DNA from: Vibrio alginolyticus NBRC 15630 = ATCC 17749
GTDB lineage: Bacteria > Pseudomonadota > Gammaproteobacteria > Enterobacterales > Vibrionaceae
Reading direction: 5' to 3'
Assembly: GCF_000354175.2 (NCBI RefSeq)
Contig: NC_022359.1
Coordinates: forward strand, 780,001 to 812,000
DNA: 32,000 nt
A model generated the notes under the pieces. That model searched no databases, was not told the origin of the DNA, and saw only the letters and a list, made by a program, of their open reading frames with translations. Every line of letters starts with the position of its first letter. Position 1 is the first letter of the stretch. Below, in pieces: positions 27,013-32,000 of the stretch. The translations under genes were made by a program, and so were the position numbers.

Positions 27013-27870
27013 ATGGCTAACGAATACATTCCACCAAAAGTTTGGACAAACGATAATGAAAACGGCGGTCAGTGGGCGAGCATCAACCGTCCGGATTCTG
27101 GCGCACGTCATGAGCAAGAGCTTCCAGTTGGTGAGCACCCATTCCAACTTTACTCAATGGGTACCCCAAATGGTCAGAAAGTGACGATCATGTTTGAAGA
27201 GCTTTTGGCGGCTGGCGTAACGGCAGCAGAATACGATGCATACCTGATTAAGATTGGCGATGGCGACCAGTTTGGCTCTGGCTTTGTGGCTGTTAACCCA
27301 AACTCTAAAATTCCGGCATTGGTTGACCGTTCGGGTTCTGAGCCAGTGAACGTGTTTGAATCTGGCAACATCTTGTTTTATCTAGCAGAGAAGTTTGATC
27401 ATTTCTTACCAAAAGAAGGCGCTAAGCGTGCTGAGGTAATGAACTGGTTATTCTGGCTGCAAGGTTCTGCGCCATATCTAGGCGGTGGTTTTGGTCACTT
27501 CTACGCGTACGCACCAGAGAAGTTCGAGTACCCAATCAACCGCTTTACAATGGAAGCAAAACGTCAGTTAGATGTATTAGACAAGCGTCTTGCGAACAAT
27601 GAATTCCTAGGTGGCGATGAGTACAGCATCGCTGATATCGCAACATGGCCATGGTACGGCAACCTTGTGTTGGGTCGTGCTTACGATGCGGCTGAATTCT
27701 TAGACGTAGAAAGCTACAAAAACGTTGTGCGTTGGGCAAAAGTAATTGATGAGCGTGAAGCGGTAAAACGTGGTCGAATTGTGAACCGTTCATGGGGTGA
27801 AGAATGGGAGCAGTTACCTGAGCGCCACAGCGCAGAAGATATTGATAAAGTATTGAAACTTAAACCATAA
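27013..27870 (+). CDS. yghU: Nu-class glutathione S-transferase / disulfide-bond oxidoreductase (YghU-like)
   Basis: Long stretches match my memory of E. coli YghU: PPKVWT...INRP.SG..HE..LPVG.HP.QLYS.GTPNGQKVTIM.EELLA.GV..AEYDA.LI.IGDGDQF.SGFV.VNPNSKIPAL, MNWLFWLQG.AP.LGGGFGHFY.YAP.K.EY.INRFTMEAKR.LDVLDK and AVKRGRIVNR. Confidence 0.9.
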   Translation: MANEYIPPKVWTNDNENGGQWASINRPDSGARHEQELPVGEHPFQLYSMGTPNGQKVTIMFEELLAAGVTAAEYDAYLIKIGDGDQFGSGFVAVNPNSKIPALVDRSGSEPVNVFESGNILFYLAEKFDHFLPKEGAKRAEVMNWLFWLQGSAPYLGGGFGHFYAYAPEKFEYPINRFTMEAKRQLDVLDKRLANNEFLGGDEYSIADIATWPWYGNLVLGRAYDAAEFLDVESYKNVVRWAKVIDEREAVKRGRIVNRSWGEEWEQLPERHSAEDIDKVLKLKP

Positions 27871-27941
27871 GCAATCTTGGCCTAGCTACGTCAAATGAGT
27901 TTAGTTTTATCTATGCTTATACAGTGACCTTAATCAAATCT

Positions 27942-27972
27942 ATAGCGCACCATATACGGTGCGCTATTTTTA
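27942..27972 (+). terminator. Intrinsic terminator after yghU
   Basis: 10-bp stem ATAGCGCACC / GGTGCGCTAT with loop ATATAC, followed by TTTTT. Confidence 0.8.
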
Positions 27973-28189
27973 TTCTCATTTAGTCTCGAAATGCTAATTT
28001 ATATCACCTCTTGAAGAGCATTTAGTTCGTAGATGAATCTTTAATGTATTTATATATTATGATGCAAAACAAAGCTCATATTTCCATGTTAAATATGGAC
28101 TGGTCATACTGCTTTGTAATAATTAAATTATTTAAAAATTATAAACTGATTTTATATCCATTATAAATAAAATTAATGATAATTAATAT

Positions 28190-28218
28190 TTGACATAACC
28201 ACTAAATTTATGTGGAAT
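28190..28218 (+). promoter_or_regulatory. Possible sigma70 promoter for the small ORF at 28335
   Basis: A consensus -35 TTGACA (28190-28195), a 17-nt spacer, then TGGAAT (4 of 6 to TATAAT). In AT-rich DNA such matches arise by chance, so confidence is low. Confidence 0.25.
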
Positions 28219-28334
28219 ATGCGGGTTGATTTGTTTTGAAGAAATAAAATTAATTTCTAGTACTTTTATTTAAGACAAGCTTAGCTTTTAGCGATGTTTA
28301 ATTATTAATGCTTATATCATGAAAGAGGATATGT

Positions 28335-28595
28335 ATGATGTCGTCGTTTGAGTCGTACTGGGCTGGGATACGTCAAAGAATAGCCGCACAAACCGAAGGT
28401 AACCGCAGTTTAAAGTCTCTAGTCATTAAAAAGCAGCGTGTGAACTTAAATAACAGTGGGTTATCCTTTCGCGCTAAGTCCGGATGCCTTATCCCTCACT
28501 GTTATACCAAGTTCTCTGATGAGATAAACCTAAAAACATCGAAAAAATCGTCTCTTAGTTTTAAAAAAGGAAAGCTGTATTTTTCTCCAGTTTAA
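28335..28595 (+). CDS. Hypothetical small basic protein (86 aa), family unrecognised
   Basis: A strong SD AAAGAGGA lies 6-7 nt upstream of the ATG. By eye the ORF is noticeably less AT-rich than its flanks. It ends in three in-frame stops (TAA TAA TAA). The product is Lys/Ser/Arg-rich (MMSSFESYWAGIRQRIAAQTEGNRSLKSLVIKKQRVNLNN...). I recognise no homology. Confidence 0.35.
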   Translation: MMSSFESYWAGIRQRIAAQTEGNRSLKSLVIKKQRVNLNNSGLSFRAKSGCLIPHCYTKFSDEINLKTSKKSSLSFKKGKLYFSPV

Positions 28596-29050
28596 TAATA
28601 AATGAAATTTGCATAAATTATAATATTAGGTTTTTAAATTTATCGATAATTAATTACGATTTTATGATGCGTTTTCAATATGTTTTCTTGGTAAATAATT
28701 AGCTGGGCTTATTGTTGCTTGTTTTTGTTGTTTCCTATTTAGATATGGATAAAAGCTCAACTACTTTTCCTATACCAACTTACTCCCTGAATTGGCTTGC
28801 GCGCTTTTTCTCCCCTCTAAAAAAACATAGCGTTACGGAATTATTTTTGCTCCTGTTTCATTCTTCAAGACGAAAGCTCTACCTACCTCTCATTATTTTC
28901 GACAAACATTGAGTAAAAGTAACCAATCGTAACAAGGTGGCTGTAACTGAGCGCCGTTTCAATATACTCGTTTTTTAACTAGGTAATCCCGCGCTTTGAA
29001 TTCATTCGGGTACCGTTTGTAAGCCTTAAATGCTACTAAGATAAGATGTC

Positions 29051-30223
29051 ATGATGAGAAAAAGTACTATATTACACACAGTGTTAATTACAGGGTTCGC
29101 TGCTGTATCCTCGTTGGCTTATGCTGCGCCTTCAGTTGTGCCAAATGCGCCGGAACTCAGTTCTCGTGGTTATGTTTTGATGGACTTCCATACGGGGAAA
29201 GTACTGGTTGAACGTGATGCCCACAAACGTTTAAACCCCGCGAGTTTAACGAAGTTGATGACTGCTTATGTAGCTGGTCAAGAAATTAATACAGGCAATA
29301 TTACGTTGAATGATGAGGTTGTCATCAGCCGAAATGCTTGGGCAAAAAATTTCCCAGATTCTTCAAAAATGTTTATTGAAGTCAATACTTCCGTTTCTTT
29401 GTCTGACTTATACCGTGGTCTGATTGTTCAATCTGGTAACGATGCCAGTGTCGCTATTGCTGAGCATGTTGCGGGAAGTGAATCAGGGTTTGTGAGTTTG
29501 ATGAATAGTTGGGCCGCCAAGCTTGAATTGTCTAACACGGCATTCACCAACCCTCACGGCCTAGACAGTGACGGTTTATATTCGACACCTTATGATATTG
29601 CCAAGTTGGGCCAAGCGATTATTCGTGACTTACCTGATATCTATCCGCTGTATAGCGAAACCTCGTTTACTTACAATGGCATCACTCAATACAACCGTAA
29701 TGGCTTGCTTCGTGATCGTAGTATGAATGTCGATGGCATGAAAACTGGTTATACAAGCGGCGCGGGTTATAGTCTAGCGACTTCTGCAACACAAGGTGAT
29801 ATGCGTTTGATTGCCGTAGTGATGGGAGCGAAGAGTGAGAATGTTCGTGAATCAGAAAGCAAGCAGCTGTTGAGTTATGGCTTCCGCTTTTACGATACGG
29901 TAATGCCGACTGAGGCGGGTGCGGAACTTGCGAAAGCTCGAGTTTGGATGGGCGAAAAAGACGAGCTTACTGTCGGCGTAGCTAACGATGTTTATCTCAC
30001 TTTGCCAAAAGGAGATGTAAAAAATCTGCAAGCGGAAGTTGAATACAACGGTGATTTAGTTGCGCCAATTTCTGAGCAACAAGTGGTTGGTAAAGTGCTT
30101 TACAAAGTCGACGGTAAGGTCGTAAATGAAGCCGAGCTCGTTGCATTGGAGTCCGTGGAGGAAGGCAGTTTATTCAAGCGAATTTTAGACTGGTTTAAGC
30201 AATTGGTCGCTAGCTGGTTTTAA
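29051..30223 (+). CDS. D-alanyl-D-alanine carboxypeptidase, PBP5/6 type (DacA/DacC family, peptidase S11)
   Basis: Signal peptide ...SSLAYA|A. The active-site motifs are ASLTK (SxxK), QSGNDAS (SxN) and KTGYT (KTG). The C-terminal amphipathic membrane anchor is LFKRILDWFKQLVASWF. Confidence 0.9.
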   Translation: MMRKSTILHTVLITGFAAVSSLAYAAPSVVPNAPELSSRGYVLMDFHTGKVLVERDAHKRLNPASLTKLMTAYVAGQEINTGNITLNDEVVISRNAWAKNFPDSSKMFIEVNTSVSLSDLYRGLIVQSGNDASVAIAEHVAGSESGFVSLMNSWAAKLELSNTAFTNPHGLDSDGLYSTPYDIAKLGQAIIRDLPDIYPLYSETSFTYNGITQYNRNGLLRDRSMNVDGMKTGYTSGAGYSLATSATQGDMRLIAVVMGAKSENVRESESKQLLSYGFRFYDTVMPTEAGAELAKARVWMGEKDELTVGVANDVYLTLPKGDVKNLQAEVEYNGDLVAPISEQQVVGKVLYKVDGKVVNEAELVALESVEEGSLFKRILDWFKQLVASWF

Positions 30224-30435
30224 ACAGTAGCGAACTTCTGTCTATATCACTCTATCTTGTTAATGTTCTATTAAATCAATTTACTAAGACGACCAACGTG
30301 GTCGCCTTACGTTTTTGGAATACTCGTTGCGTTAAAACACAGGCCCTCTTGTAAGGGTGTGTTTTTACCTGACCAAGAGCGTTTTGTGTTTTTGGGTGCG
30401 AGAGAAAAGAAACTAGAACAAGAATGGAGTGACAC

Positions 30436-30843
30436 GTGCACAAGATTTTATCTTTGACATTGATTTTATCGCTCATGGGCTGCGCTATGCCTTACCAGCA
30501 GGAGGTCGATAGCGGCCAATGTGTTGGAGTCATGACCTCTCAGGATGCATATGGTTATTTAAACCCAAACCATTACACGATGCAGGTACTCGCGCTAAAG
30601 CAAGAAAAAGATGTGAAAGATTATATTCGCTATATCGATCCCAAGCATCCGGTTTGGGTTAACTGGAAAAACAGCCGAGGCACGCGTTGGTATACGGTAA
30701 CTGTTGGTGATTTTAAAACGAAGCAGGATGCCTACAATGCGCTTTCTTCATTACCAAGCCGTGTAAAGCAGTCATCCCCGTTTGTGCTGACTTTTGCGGA
30801 AATGCAGCGTAAGCAACAAACGAGTGTTGTGAGAATGCGTTAG
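30436..30843 (+). CDS. Small lipoprotein with a C-terminal SPOR (septal peptidoglycan-binding) domain
   Basis: GTG start. Lipobox LSLMG|C. The C-terminal ~75 aa YTMQVLALKQEKDVKDYI...RWYTVTVGDFKTKQDAYNALSSLP fit the SPOR betaalphabeta-beta pattern (y.vQvga.....a........g..y.V.vG.f.....A......l). Confidence 0.7.
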   Translation: MHKILSLTLILSLMGCAMPYQQEVDSGQCVGVMTSQDAYGYLNPNHYTMQVLALKQEKDVKDYIRYIDPKHPVWVNWKNSRGTRWYTVTVGDFKTKQDAYNALSSLPSRVKQSSPFVLTFAEMQRKQQTSVVRMR

Positions 30844-30849
30844 CCAACA

Positions 30850-30877
30850 AAAAACGGAAGCGATGGCTTCCGTTTTT
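30850..30877. terminator. Bidirectional intrinsic terminator between the SPOR gene and the peroxiredoxin gene
   Basis: 12-bp perfect stem AAAAACGGAAGC / GCTTCCGTTTTT with loop GATG. Confidence 0.8.
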
Positions 30878-30893
30878 GTATTTAGGAGTAAGC

Positions 30894-31367
30894 TTAAAGC
30901 GCCGCTAAAATCGTTTCTGCTTTGCTTGCTTCAAACTCTTTTGGCTCTTCAACGTTAAGCTTAGTCACTGTGCCGTTTTCAATGATCATCGCGTAACGTT
31001 GTGAGCGAATACCACCAAAGCCGCCTGTATCCATTTCAAGACCTAATGCTTTAGTAAAGCTAGCGTCGCCATCACCCAACATCAGAATCTCAGAAGCGTT
31101 TTGAGCTTCGCCCCACGCTTGCATCACAAATGCATCGTTTACAGAAACGCACGCAATTAAATCAACACCTTTTGCCTTTAGCTCATCAGCTAATACCACA
31201 TAGCCTGGTAGATGAGCTTCTGAACAGGTAGGGGTGAATGCGCCAGGTACAGCAAAGAGTACGACTTTCTTGTTCGCAAACAGTTCTGTAACGTCGTGGT
31301 TAACCATACCATCGGCAGTCAACTCACTTAGAGTTGCAACTGGTAGAGCTTGGCCTTGTTGAATCAT
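30894..31367 (-). CDS. Peroxiredoxin, Prx5 subfamily (AhpC/TSA fold)
   Basis: 157 aa. LFAVPGAFTPTCS carries the peroxidatic Cys in the Prx5-type PGAFTPxCS motif. The length and the remaining sequence fit stand-alone Prx5 proteins. Confidence 0.9.
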   Translation of the reverse strand: MIQQGQALPVATLSELTADGMVNHDVTELFANKKVVLFAVPGAFTPTCSEAHLPGYVVLADELKAKGVDLIACVSVNDAFVMQAWGEAQNASEILMLGDGDASFTKALGLEMDTGGFGGIRSQRYAMIIENGTVTKLNVEEPKEFEASKAETILAAL

Positions 31368-31493
31368 GATTATATTCCTTTTTGTGTGCTAGTTTAGCTT
31401 TCTCAGTCTAGCGTTTATAAATGCGGTTAACCACAGAGTTTTTGTAGGGTTTTAATACCTACGCGTTTGACCTAAGGCGTGGCACTGATGCCT

Positions 31494-32000
31494 TTATTGC
31501 AACGCTTCGTGCTGGTTTACGTATTGGCTAACAAGGTGACGATATTTCGCCTTTAACTCGTTATCGATAAAGCTGGCATCAATCGCGTTCATTGTAAATT
31601 GGGCAAGTTCACTCTTACTCATTGGATGTGCGTTGTTGACGGCCAGAAAGTTATCCGTCATGTAGCCACCAAAGTACACAGGATCGTCTGAGTTAATCGT
31701 TACAGCGACACCTTTTCGTAGCAAATCCACAATATTGTGATCTTTCATATCGTCGAATACACATAGCTTAAGATTCGATAACGGACACACTGTCAGTGGC
31801 ATTTGGCTTTCGATTAAGGATTCAACTAATGCTTCATCATCAACACAGCGAACACCGTGATCCACGCGGCTCACGTAAAGCATTTCAATTGCATCGCTAA
31901 TATTTTGTGCGGGGCCTTCTTCACCTGCGTGAGCAACGGTAAGTAAGCCTTCTTCTACTGCTTGTTTAAATACGCGCTTGAATTTAGCTGGCGGATGACC
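31494..32000 (-). CDS. add: Adenosine deaminase, C-terminal ~168 codons (the gene continues rightwards out of the window)
   Basis: The frame is open from 32000: GHPPAKFKRVFKQAVEEGLLTVAHAGEEGPAQNISDAIEMLYVSRVDHGVRC...LTVCPLSNLKL...VTINSDDPVYFGGY. HAGE, DHG, CPLSN and SDDP are adenosine deaminase metal and catalytic motifs. The track shows only the part from an internal Met (31883). Confidence 0.9.
   Translation of the reverse strand, partial: GHPPAKFKRVFKQAVEEGLLTVAHAGEEGPAQNISDAIEMLYVSRVDHGVRCVDDEALVESLIESQMPLTVCPLSNLKLCVFDDMKDHNIVDLLRKGVAVTINSDDPVYFGGYMTDNFLAVNNAHPMSKSELAQFTMNAIDASFIDNELKAKYRHLVSQYVNQHEALQ

Noticed and set aside
26954-27184. 76-aa ORF overlapping the yghU start
   Set aside because: It is out of frame with, and overlapped by, the confidently identified yghU gene, which has its own SD (AAGGGAAAA).
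28712-28912. 66-aa plus-strand ORF in the AT-rich gap
   Set aside because: It has a non-ATG start and no SD. Its Leu/Phe-rich composition is what AT-rich DNA produces by chance, and no motif is present.

Overview
The window looks like Vibrio chromosomal DNA (Harveyi clade, V. alginolyticus-like; this rests on my recall of the ProA exoprotease sequence and the scr sucrose regulon). It is gene-dense and mid-40s % G+C by eye. I saw no rRNA, tRNA or CRISPR. Left to right: the first 15 codons of an RhlE-like helicase (minus strand), an LplA-family ligase, a DUF4156-type lipoprotein, an orphan exported 342-aa protein, and a class I/II aminotransferase divergent from an AraC/GyrI regulator. Then come a LysR regulator, an SDR, a DUF465 protein and a bicupin. 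Next is a Zur-box-fronted operon (His-rich outer-membrane protein, ZnuA-like binding protein, ZnuB-like permease, no ATPase), followed by a FabG-like SDR, the S8 subtilase ProA and a decayed IS1-family remnant. After that: LysR, then a Fur-box TonB-dependent receptor with an exported alpha/beta hydrolase. The complete sucrose regulon follows (scrY, scrR, scrA-scrK-scrB) with three copies of an AACGTTCCC operator-like motif. The right end holds a YghU-type GST, a ~1.1-kb AT-rich gap with one small basic ORF, a PBP5-type DD-carboxypeptidase, a SPOR lipoprotein, a Prx5-type peroxiredoxin and a partial adenosine deaminase. The most novel-looking items are (1) the ATPase-less, outer-membrane-extended zinc-type operon, (2) the Fur-regulated receptor plus exported hydrolase pair, (3) the AT-rich gap with its small ORF, and (4) the orphan exported protein at 1673-2701. 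I recognise no defence, toxin-antitoxin or secretion system. All family calls come from motif reading and memory, not database searches.
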